NCBI RefSeq assembly: GCF_000315625.1
Contig: NW_005434553.1
Coordinates: forward strand, 1 to 38,376
Direction of reading: 5' to 3'
Origin: Guillardia theta CCMP2712
Taxonomy: Eukaryota; Protista; Cryptophyta
Length of the DNA: 38,376 bases
Positions 21,614 through 32,387 of this stretch are shown here, in pieces. Under the pieces are notes generated by a model, which was not told the DNA's origin, did not search any database, and was given only the letters and a program-made list of their open reading frames with translations. Made by a program: the position numbers and the translations under genes. Numbering within the stretch: the first letter of the stretch is position 1; each line of letters starts with the position of its first letter.

Positions 21614-23635
21614 ATGGTTTCCGTGAGCTATGGGACCATCTCCCGAGCCGCCCTGAAGCAGCTGCCCTATCAGTCCAAGACCCTCTCCCTGCGCAAGAAA
21701 GTTGTGCTGGGCCTCGCCGTCGTGGCCTGCGTCGCTGTTGGCGCGCTGATCTCTACCTCCCGCTCCTCATCCTCCACCTCCCTCATGGGAACATGGACGA
21801 AGCCGACGGGGATCGGGATTGACCGAGAGCCCTACTCGGCCCCGATGAACCTCTGGCTGTACTGGGGCCGCATGACCAACAAGCGCTTCACCGGATCCGG
21901 GGAGCACGTGCGCCATGTGTTTCAGATGGGCACGATCGCAGGAGGGGAGTGGAGGGACCCCAAATTCCTGCGGTCGCTGGAGGGAGGGATGTTCAACAAG
22001 CTGTCGGGCATCTGCTGCAACGCGCTCCTCTTCCCCCCTATCGAGTGGGACTTCCTCGTGGTCAACCCCCAGAAGATCGTCGGGCAGAACATCCGGCAAT
22101 TCGTGGCTAACGGCAATACCATGATTTTCACCGGGGGCATCCTCAGCCTCGAGTTTATCAACCGCTACTTCAGCTATCAGCTTGAGCCTGCTGATGGCAA
22201 CCTGGACCCGGGCCCCTTTGTCCGCCTCCCTCACTTCCAAGGTATTACTCCTCCCTCTCCCCCTTCCCGTCCTCCTCCCGTCCTCGTCTTCTCTTCTTTC
22301 CTTTCTCCTCCTTCTCCTTCTCCCTCTCGTCTGCTCGCCTCCTCTCAGTCTCCTCCCCTTCTTCTCGTCAGTCTCCTCCCCTTCCTCTCCTCCCACCTAT
22401 CCCACACTGACAACCTTGCAGGCTTGACTCAGGAGCAGCATGACCTCCTGGTGAAGGGCTCCAAGGAGAACCTCCCCTCTCCTCGCACCCTCCCCCAGAT
22501 CGGCATTGAGGTCACTTCGATCAAGAAGGACTCTCTCCCCTCTGGCACTTCCGTGATCTACTCCTCCCCCTACAACTCCGCCGTCGTCGCCATCAAGTTC
22601 TGCATGGCAGAGAACCCGGCCAACGACCCAGCTGCCCCCCTTCCCCCCGTCAAGGTCCTGCCCCGCGACTGCCCCGTCACCGCGGCCCAGGGCAGACCCT
22701 GCTCGTGCGGCTTCATCTGCTACCTCGGGTACAACTGGCGTGACGCTTACCCGTCCCGGTGGGACACGGCGCTGAAGGGGATGGTGGACGTATGCTCGCA
22801 GGTGCCCCCAGAGAACAACTCTCCCTCCCTCCTCGCATCTCTCAACGACGGGCCCATGGCGGAGCCGGAGAAGTCGGAGAAGGAGGCGGAGGACTCGATC
22901 GCTGCGCAGGAGAGCATCATGAAGCAGAAGTTGCACCCTCAGGCTCTGAAGAACGAGGAGGAGAAGGAGCAGGAGAAGGTGAAGGAAGAGGAGAAGGTGA
23001 AGGAGAAAGAAGCTGAGGAGAAGGCTTCCAAGGAGGAGGAGGAGAAGGCTGAAGGTACAGAGGAGAAAGCTGTTGAGCGGCCGGACGAGGAGGATGAGAA
23101 GAGCGCAAAGCTAAAGATGTACCGGGAAGGTTAGTAACTTTCTCCCTCGCCTGCTCTACCTCTCCCATTCCTCCTCCCCTGCCCCCTTCCTCCTTTCCCT
23201 CCTCCCTGCGTCTCTCCCTCCCTCCGTTTCTTGCCTTTCCTACCTCCCCATCCTGTCTCCTTCTCTCCTCCTTACTTCACTTCACTTACCTGACGCTGCT
23301 CCTTACCTTGACCATCTGGTGCCGCTCACTCTTCCCCGCAGACCATAACCAGCGTGACGCTGAAGACGTGAGAGAGAGAAGAACATCCAACCGCGATGGG
23401 TAAGACAGCTCTGTTTGTTGTTGTTGTTGTTGATGATGATGATGATGATGCAATTCATGTGGAATGTGACGTCGATTCGAATGATGAAGGATGTGGTGAT
23501 TGTGTTGTAACATAATGATGGTGATAGACGGTGATGGTGGTTGTAACGAAGATCGGCACGATTGACCTTCTGATCTTCAGGTGTGGTCCCCTCTGCAAGC
23601 TTGAGAATCTCGTCGACAACTTAGAAGACAAGTAA
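21614..23635 (+). CDS. Hypothetical signal-anchor (type II membrane or secreted) protein, 4 coding exons, E/K-rich tail
   Basis: N-terminal TM segment VVLGLAVVACVAVGALI; introns at about 22242-22421, 23130-23341 and 23400-23580; ends GCGPLCKLENLVDNLEDK*. Confidence 0.8.
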
Positions 23636-23859
23636 GAACGGGCCGGTCGACCTGCGACTTTTATTCCCTGAGTGTCACTGTAATCTTTCCCCCGATTAAT
23701 GCATCTACATTGCTTGAAACCTTCCTCTTCCCCTTCCTCCCCTTCCTCCCCCTACTCCCTCTCCTCCTCCTTCTTCTCCCACTTCATCCTTCCTCCTTCC
23801 CTCCTCATAGTCGGCGTATCGACATCATCTTTGAACACCATTGCTACAAAAAATGTAAA

Positions 23860-24012
23860 ATCATCTTCGTCGTCGTCTTCGTCGTCGTCGTCGTCATCAT
23901 CATCATCATCATCATCACTAACAACAACAATAACAACAACAACATCATCATCATCATCATTGTCATCATCATTGTCATTGTCAACGACAACAACATCATC
24001 ATCATCGTTGTC
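23860..24012. repeat. Compound trinucleotide repeat (TCG/TCA/ACA)
   Basis: Directly visible. Confidence 0.9.
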
Positions 24013-24423
24013 AATGAATCATATTCTTGAGTCATCACGTACATCCATAATCACCAGGCTACAACGATCCGATGCGTCTCATCCTTTTGGATCCTCAGCA
24101 GGATCCTCAGTAAAGAGATCGGAAGGGGATGCGGGGAGCCTGGGAGCCATGGGAGGGAGGGCACGGGAGGGGAGAGGAGGGCACGGGTGGGGAGAGGAGG
24201 GAGGGAGGGAGGGAGGGCAGGGCAGGGCAGGGCAGGGAGGGGAGGGGAGGGAAGGCGCAACAAAGTTGGCTGGGAAATTTTTACGACTGAAGGTGAAGCA
24301 GGAAATACCAGCAGGACCAGGACCAGGACCAGGACCAGGACCAGGAGAAGGACCAGGAGAAGGAGGAGCGGGAGCAGGAGCAGGAGAAGGAGAAGGAAAG
24401 ACAAGGAAGGGGAGAGGATCGCG

Positions 24424-27193
24424 ATGGTGCGATCAGCGCTCAGGAGGACAGATCGCTGCCTATCTCTTCTCCTCGCCATCACGGTGAGCTGTCCCGGCTC
24501 TCAACCTCCTCCTTGCTCACGAGCATGGCCAGGTCCTGCTAACGTGTCCTCCTCCATGCCTGTGCGCTCTTCCGCTCCTCCAAGGGGTGAGGAGGCAGGA
24601 AGAGGAGGAGGAGGCAGGAGGCAGGAGGCAGGAGGCAGGAGGCAGGAGGCAGGAGGCAGGAGGCAGGAGGCAGGAGGCAGGAGGCAGGAGGCAGGAGGAG
24701 GATGCGACAGAATTGATTTCGCCGGCAGGGCAAGAATTCTGGGCAGGAGGGCTTGTTCTCCTACCTGCGCATGTCTGGCGCTTTGAGGTCAAGCCGAGTT
24801 GAGGAGGTACGTTGACAATGATAGATGTACCATGACGCCTTCATCACCACCACCATCACCATCACCACCATCACCATCACCACCGCAACCACAACCTTCA
24901 CCATCGTCATCATCAACAACACTGTCAACACGTCCATCACCATCATCACCATGACCATGACCATCACAGTAACAAACATTCTCGCAGAGCTTGAGAGTCT
25001 GCGACAGGTCAAAGTTCTGCTGCCAGGTGAGCATAAGAACTGATTGCTAGACTACCGGACATGATGAAGCATGCAGGACAAGAGCTGTGATCCTTACTTG
25101 GACTATCCCATCCCGATCGGCAAAGATGCGACGATTTCTGAGCCATGGGTGAGGACTCTTCTGCAGTCCCTTAACCACCTCCCTCATTCTTCACAAACAC
25201 ATCCAACAACTGTCTCTATTCTTTGTTCTCACGTGCTTTCTCAATCTGTCAGGTTCACAGTCTCAGTCTTGAGCTTCTCTCAAGCAGGTTGTTCCCTGGA
25301 GCTCGAGCCCTTGACGTGGGATCTGGAAGGTGATTGGAAACCCTGACAGTCTCTTGCCTTTACTGTCTTCATGCTATCATTGCTGTTGCTACAAGTCAAA
25401 CGTATCATGTTTTGAAGCATTTTGTTTCCTTCCTTACCAGTTCCCCTTGCTGACAACCCCTTTCCTGTTCTTCATACATCACGCCTCCTCTCCCCTACCA
25501 CAACATCATTTCATTCTCTTCTCCGCAACTTGTTCTACATCTCACTCGTTCCTTTCTACTGGTCCCTCCTCCCTCCTCCTGCAACCTCCTCCCTCTGACA
25601 TCTCAATTGTTCAGCGGGCAGGTGACAGCAGCAAGTGACCCTACTGTCCTTGTGCTTCAGCGCATCTGAACGTTTCTCCTACAGTGGCATACATGATTGG
25701 ACGAGGAGGAGAGGTGAGAGAAGCGTGCAGCGTTCAGACGTGTGACTGAACAGATCAGGTCCACGGGGTCGAACGTATCAAGGGGTTAGCAAGGCAGTCT
25801 GTTGAAAACATCTGCAGCGTCTGCGACAGAGGGGTAGGAGCTGTTCTCCTCCACCCTATCTACTCTGTGCGCTGAAGCTCATGTCCTCTATCCAGTCCTG
25901 CGCTCCTGTCAAGATCATGGAAGGGAATGTGTTGTTGGGGTATCGCAGAGATGGCTCTTTGCTGGGAGTTGACAGCTGCTGTTACAGCGAGCTTCCAAGT
26001 TTGACATACGATGCCATACATGTAGGGGCTGCAGGTCAGTTGCGATCTCTCCAGAGTAGTTGATGATTGGCATGATGACTTTGGTGGGGGGAGGGAGGGG
26101 AAAGGCGGAGGGTCAGCAGAAGCAGAAGCAGCAGAAGCAAGAGGAGAGAAGAATGAAAGTGGATAAGAACAGTAGAGACGAGGACGGGCCAGGAACAGGA
26201 GGAATGAGGAGAACCATCTAGACAGAGGTAGAAGCAACACCTGCACCTGCACCTGCACCTGCACCTGCACCTGCACCTGCACCTGCACCTGCACCTGCAC
26301 CTGCACCTGCACCTGCACCTGCACCTGCACCAGCACCAGCACCAGCAGCCCTTATTCTCAGATCAGATGCGCGAGGTGTTGACTGTGTTGCAGTCACTCC
26401 TGACCTCCTAAAATCTCAGCTGCTGCCGAGGCTGAATCCAGGAGGAAGGCTGGTAGGCATGTAGACGGACGTGAACAGTCTTGATGTCTTTCCCTTCCCT
26501 TCGTCTCCCTCCAGGTCTGTCCTCTCATTGAGAACAACTTTGCTGGCCAAACTCTCTACTGCATCGACAGGTGACAACATAAAACCCCAACTGCTTCCCA
26601 TCGCTTCTGGACCTCTTGCTGCTACTGCTGCTCCTTTCCCTGCTCCTACTACTTTTGCCTTTTTTATCTTTCCCTCCCTTCCTCCCTCCCTCCCCTTCTC
26701 CCCACTCCTCCCTCCCTTCCTCCCTCCCCTGCTCCTCCCCCACTTCCTTCCTACACTCTTCTCCTACTTCCCCTCCTCCCACCTCCCTCTTGCACTCTCA
26801 CCGAGCCTTGAGGCGCTGAAAGTGTTTTCCGACCTCAGGCTGCTAGACGGAAACTACAAGTGGAGCACATCCGGCGTGAAGCTGAGAATGATGTAAGTCA
26901 GTTTCTTCTCGCTCTATGGGCATGCTTGTTCTCCCAACTTCCATCACTCCTCCCCCTTGCAAAATACTCATCCTCCACGTCAGGACGATGAAGAAAACAG
27001 TCCCTCCCGAATATCCTGACAGGTCTGCCATGCCGTCGATCGCAAGCTGGCGGTGCAGACTCACTCCCAGGTTGTGTAAACTCTGTCCTTCAGCTGATTT
27101 TTCTCTCCTGACTTTATTGGTAGACCGATTGCCATCATGCGGCTGAAAAGACATCTGCGCTCCTTGAACATGGACTTGTTCAGACATTCCTGA
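24424..27193 (+). CDS. Protein-L-isoaspartate O-methyltransferase (PIMT/PCMT)-like, about 15 exons
   Basis: Spliced motifs [67 protein letters not shown] and [12 protein letters not shown], all in phase across GT-AG introns; terminal exons less certain. Confidence 0.88.
24593..24700. repeat. (GGAGGCA)n-type repeat, intronic
   Basis: Directly visible. Confidence 0.9.
26238..26346. repeat. (CACCTG)n hexamer repeat, intronic
   Basis: About 15 perfect copies followed by CACCAG copies. Confidence 0.95.
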
Positions 27194-27938
27194 GCGTCTT
27201 CATGCCTTGTTGCTCTTCTGACTGCTGGTGCTCAACTGTCCTGTCAGAGGAGTCTTTCCCTTGGAACCTGAATCGCTGTGAATATGACGCAAAACGAGAA
27301 GGTGGCTGGTTTTACCAAACCATGAGATCCGATGGGAATTCAACGTCCTCCTTACGCCTCCTCTTTGGAGTTCGATCAGTCTTGTGCTTCTTGGACACCG
27401 GGGTGGTGTGCTTCGACTTGGCCTCGCTGTCAGATCCTTCGCGTTCAACCTTCATGCCGGTCGTTTGTTGCCTGTCGCACAGCGTGAACAAAGATCAGAG
27501 AGAAGAGAAGGCACAGAAACAAGAAACATTGAGCTTGACGACTCAAAGAGGACGGGAAAGATCTCTCCAGGCTTCACGGCTCGCTGAATCGAAGCATTTC
27601 TCTTCATTCCTTCGTGCGCATCCTGCAGCAGTGCTGGCAGTGTCCGGGATCGCTTGTAATTTTGCATTGGCTTTCGAGCAAAGAAAACTCTTGTCAACAT
27701 GTACAACAACTTGTCGAATGTAGGATAACACATCCTGAGAGCATTTCTTTCCTGAATGCTGCCGTGTGGCATGTTTTTATTGTTGGACAAAGCAAATCTA
27801 AACATCCTCATCGTAATATATGTGTGGGTCGCTTAAAATTTCCCGAACACGCATAAATCATGCATGAAATAGGTACACATCTATGAGCTACAAAGCTGTC
27901 CTCAACCACACTACGTCCTTCCTCTGCTAGTCCGCATG
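27180..27938 (-). CDS. Possible multi-exon hypothetical basic (nuclear?) protein
   Basis: A putative exon encodes QTTGMKVEREGSDSEAKSKHTTPVSKKHKTDRTPKRRRKEDVEFPSDL with plausible splice sites; the model is uncertain. Confidence 0.35.
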
Positions 27939-27989
27939 CTTCTTCCCTTTCATCTTCCCTGCCCGCTTCCCGCCATGAACGAAAGCCAC

Positions 27990-28680
27990 AAACTTCCGAA
28001 CTTCCGAAGACGCCGCGGCGGGCCGGCCCCCCCCGGCCGGCCCTGAGCGGCCGGCCCGGGCGGCGCCGGGCCCGCCACCCGCCGCTCACTGACTCTGTAC
28101 TGTGCCAAAAGTCACGCAGATATCACATCGACCTTAGTTGTAAAAAGACAGTTTTTGCTCAAGACTGAGTTTAATGAGCGTGACTGCGATGAGAAAATCC
28201 AAGCATCCAGACGGAACTCGGAAGTCAACTTGAGAGGATCGGACTTCCGAAACCATTCCTTACGGAATGTAGCAACCTGAGACGCCGGCTAGGAAAGCCC
28301 CCTCTCCGTTAGCATGACCCCGTGGCACTGCAGCCGAGGCTCCGAAAAAGTTGAAACTTGCCGTCAGTACCGGCGGTACACTGCCACCCGGGCCGGGCTG
28401 TACGGTACGGTAGCGGGGGCCTCGGACGGTACTGACGGTAGCCTCAGGCTAGTGATGATAGTGTACCCCGGGCCCGGTGACTGCCGGCCGGGCAGCCGCT
28501 GAGCGCGGCCGACTCAGCGCGGTGCAACCGTGCGGACGGTGACGGCAGTGAGTACCGTACCCGGCGCGGCCGGCCCAGCGGCTGGCCGGGCGCACTGGGG
28601 CCGCCGGGGGGACCGGCGGGCCGGACCGGTCGGGGCGGGCCGCCCGGCCCGGTCGGCCGGGGCGGTCAGTGTACCGTCGT
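27990..28680. promoter_or_regulatory. GC-rich, probably bidirectional promoter region with AACTTCCGAA motifs
   Basis: Lies upstream of frataxin and of a putative divergent gene; motifs at 27991-28009, ~28215 and ~28243. Confidence 0.45.
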
Positions 28681-28850
28681 AAAGGACTAATCTCTGGTCT
28701 ACCCCACGTTTTCTACCCCTACCCCCTTTTTTCAAAACCACCCTATGTGGGGATGTTTATTCGCAAGTCTCAAAAGCACCCCCCTGCTTCATTCGTACTA
28801 CCGGTACTTCAAGTTTGACTTTGCGCCATACCACCCCCCCTACTGCGACG

Positions 28851-29795
28851 ATGGCGACTTTCCGCGTTCGCCTCCCTACTGCTCGCTTCCTCGGCACAGG
28901 ATACTCCTCCTCCTCCTCCTCCTCCTCCTCCTCCTCCTCCTCCTTCTTTCTTTCTTCTATGGCGCGCCTTAGCCGTTTCCCTTCTCTCTTGTCGCCCTCT
29001 CGCCCTCTCGCCTTTTTCCCTCCCAAGCATTTTGCCCCCCACACAGATTCCTCGAATGGCACGAGGCTGTCCATTTCCGCTATTGAACAACAACACTTCT
29101 TGAGACGACCAGGAAGTGAATCATTGTTATCCCAGCTCAAACTTGCTCAAGGTATGTCGCCTTCTTCGTGCAGTCTAGAGCCCTGACTTGCTTACCACAG
29201 GCACAAGTCACTCAATTCGAACGATGGTGATTGCACGTGAAATGACAGAAGACGAATACCACAACATTGCAAACCAAATTCTTGAAAAAATTACGGTCAT
29301 TCAATTCTGTTTGAATGCAACAATCTTACATGTCGTCGTAGGATGAGTTAGAGTTGTTGGAAGAGACCGACACTGACCTCGAAGTAGAGGCGTCTGGAGT
29401 GAGTTCCACCTTCTACCTGTCGGAGACATGCTGTTGTCTGTGCTGTGACAAGTCTTTGTGATCATCATGTTGGCCTCTTACTTTCTGTTGAAGGACGGAG
29501 TTATCAACATCAAAGTCAACAACAAGGGAGCATGGGTTATCAACAAACAAACGCCTTCACGGCAGATTTGGTTCAGCTCTCCCATAACGTACATACCGCT
29601 TGTTGTTGTGTTCATCGCTACTCCCCTCACTCGAGCCCTTCCACAGAGGTCCTACACATTACATGTTGCAAGGGGGGGAGTGGGTCTGCACCAAGGTAAG
29701 TCTGCACTCGGTCTCAGTTCCTGACCTAACGGTGCCTCAAGGATGGGCACAACATGAAAGGTAGATTGCATGAGCAGTTAGGCATCAGAGTGTGA
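28851..29795 (+). CDS. FXN: Frataxin with a mitochondrial presequence-like N-terminus, 6 exons
   Basis: MTEDEYHNIANQILEKIT/DELELLEE...EVEASG/DGVINIKVNNKGAWVINKQTPSRQIWFSSPIT/GPTHY..GEWVCTK/DGHNMKGRLHEQLGIRV*; the N-terminus is R/S-rich. Confidence 0.95.
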
Positions 29796-29987
29796 GGATC
29801 AGAGATAGTGGGAATAGAGAGGTGAGGAAATCTTTGGGTTGATTCTGGTGGTTTCCGCTGTGACAGTGCGGAGATTGCAAGTGAAGATAGAGCAGATTAA
29901 GAAAATTCGAGGAGGCCGATTTTGAGATCTTTTAAAAATCATTTCATTCCATCCTACGAACTCACTCGCCGTCCAAAAATTGCGAGC

Positions 29988-31265
29988 TTAGTTGAAGACG
30001 CGGATAGGAGCCACCTGCGAAAGTTTTTATCAGCGACGACGAGGTTCACGAGGCACAAGGGCATCAGGACCTGCCATGGTCCCCTGCGCACATTCAAAAC
30101 AGCCTGCTGCTGGCGGACGTTGGGACCAGCACGAACGCCGTACCTGTGCCAAAGATCAGATCTTGCACGAGACAGTGTGGCGTTCCAACCTGGGAGTGGC
30201 GACCTGGGACTGGGTGCTGAAGGTAGGATCACCACCCTGGTGGGCACCTGACGGGAAGATTACTTCAGCACAGCGGGAGGAGGGGAGGATGATATACCGA
30301 GGAAGACATCGTTGGTCCCCATCATGGATCCAGGGGTGTCACTGGAGAAGACTGGACGGGCAGCACGGAGGTGGCCCATTCTCTGACCAGTCAGGGTGAG
30401 GTTCTTGGAAGCATCGTGCACAGCAAGGGGCATACCTGCATCTTCATGGCGAGCATGTGCTGCTTCTTGGCAGCAGTGTACTGAAGAGCGCTGTCAACAT
30501 CTGAAGCAAGGTGTACGCAACAACCTTGGGAACCAACTTGGAGGCTCTGGTGGGTCTCCAGTGCTTCTTGTGGACCTGATAGAAGCTTCAGACTTCAACG
30601 ACATCTTGATCGCTGCACACCGCGACCGGCTTGGCCCAGGGCAACCAGTTGTGGGGAGCCTTGGAGACACCTCCTGTGTGCCCCATCACTTCCATCACAA
30701 GAGGCCCTGAAGCAACGTACCAGCAAGCATCTGGTACTTGGCCTTGTCCTTGGTGCTCTGCAAGCACACAAGTCACATACAGAAAGACGACTGGGGGAAG
30801 AAAGGCTCAAGAGGGCAAGGACAAAGCCCATGCCTGGCCAGAGCCGTCACCCTTGCCGATGAAGGCCTTGTCAGTTCCCAAGCTTCCAGCATCAGGAAGG
30901 GCAACATAAGCTAGCAAGCCAAGTCAACACTTAGAGAGGCGACGACATCCAGTCCTCACCCTTCTTGGAATGCTCGCTGAATTGATCGCCAACCTGGAGC
31001 CGGGCAGATGGGAGCGAGCGCATCTGTGCACGAGCATGAGCATGGCGAGCCAATCCTTCTTGGTCATGACCTGAATGACGGCGATGCATGCGCAGAGAGC
31101 GACAGTAGCAGCCGTGGCAGCAGTAAAGGTCTGTGGTAAATGCCAAAATCATTGATCCTTGTGTGCCATTCCTTCGCTCACTGGATGGCTACAACCCCGA
31201 TTTGATCCTACGTCCTTTGCTAACCCGACTGTATCTAATCTTCCCTCTTGCTGTTGTGTATCCAT
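29988..31265 (-). CDS. Cryptic ~12-exon hypothetical protein with an N-terminal hydrophobic segment
   Basis: Short exons separated by ~45-55 nt introns splice in frame: ..TFTAATAATVALCACIAVIQ/MRSLPSARLQ../..KYQMLA/GGVSKAPHNWLPWAKP/..KQHMLAMKMQ/../VAPIRVFN*; first exon tentative. Confidence 0.65.
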
Positions 31266-32387
31266 TAAGATGCTATGCTTTCAGGCACCCCCGTTCTCTG
31301 CTTCTCTCTTCATATCTCATGCGATCCCGCCACATCTTCCACAACTCCTTCATATCCCATCCGCTCGTGGTGTTCTCCGATCCAGCACTCGCTGCTGCGT
31401 CTCCTCCCTCACCATCTCTCTCATCGTCTCTCTACCTCTCTACCTCTCCGCCTCTTCCTCTTCCTCTTCCCCGCATCTCCACCATGACCTCCTCTCCCCT
31501 TCGCTTACCCTTGGAGGAGCCATGATATGCGAAGAGCCAACTAATATGCCCTCATCCCCACTCGTACATCAAACCTGACATGAACCCTCGTCCCCGCTTG
31601 TGCCCATTTGCAGCAGGACAGAATTGATCTATTTCGGGCACAATTCTCCTCAGTTATATTATCGCTAAAAGTACAATTTAAAACGAGAACATTTGTAAAC
31701 AAAAATAGATATAGTACTGATTAAAACTATTTTCATTAATTTTTTGATTCATTTTATAGTTAACTCAGAACATTTTTCTGTATAAACTTTGATTTATGTC
31801 TACATATTGGTACCATAATTCACTCAAAACTTTGTCAGTACATCATTTCGACAAGGTTGTGTCTCTAATTTTCAAATTATACGATAAATTTTCAAACTTT
31901 CAGATTGTTTCAGTGGAGCCCTGAAACCTGTTGCCACCAAGTCGAGTCATGGTGGATTTTTAGGACGAGAGGGGAAGGAGGAGGGAGGGAGGGAGGGAGG
32001 GAGGGAGGAAGGAGCATGCGAGAAGGAGCAGGAGGATCGTCTTCGACAGAGCATGCTGATCCTTGTTAGGATGAGAGATAGTCTCGTCTCGGTCCTGAGC
32101 TGTATCGTGCGGGTGTGATGGGATCCTATCAAGGGGGTGGAGGAGGCGAAAGCAAGGACGGTTTGATCTGTCGCCTGAGCGATTGGTTTTGTGAGTGTAA
32201 ACCCGCTGGTAGGATCGTAAGAGGTTCTTCCTAATCCTTCAGCTTGCTTCCCTTGAGAGAGTGTAGATGTTCCTTCTGGGCTCCGGTACAAATACTGACG
32301 TTAATTCTTCGACCCCCAGCACCATTGGAGATCGCAAATTACTGAGCAGTAGAAGTTGTTTCCTGTCTGCAGATCGCTGCCATCATC

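Noticed and set aside
27202-27723. 173-aa plus-strand ORF
   Set aside because: No ATG context or recognisable motif; more likely the antisense shadow of the minus-strand gene
30700-30790. GTWPCPWC as a PHD-finger end on the + strand
   Set aside because: The upstream Cys/His ligands are missing, and the region is better explained by the spliced minus-strand gene
31640-31910. AT-rich island as an organellar or nucleomorph insertion
   Set aside because: It is short with no recognisable gene or RNA, consistent with ordinary intergenic DNA
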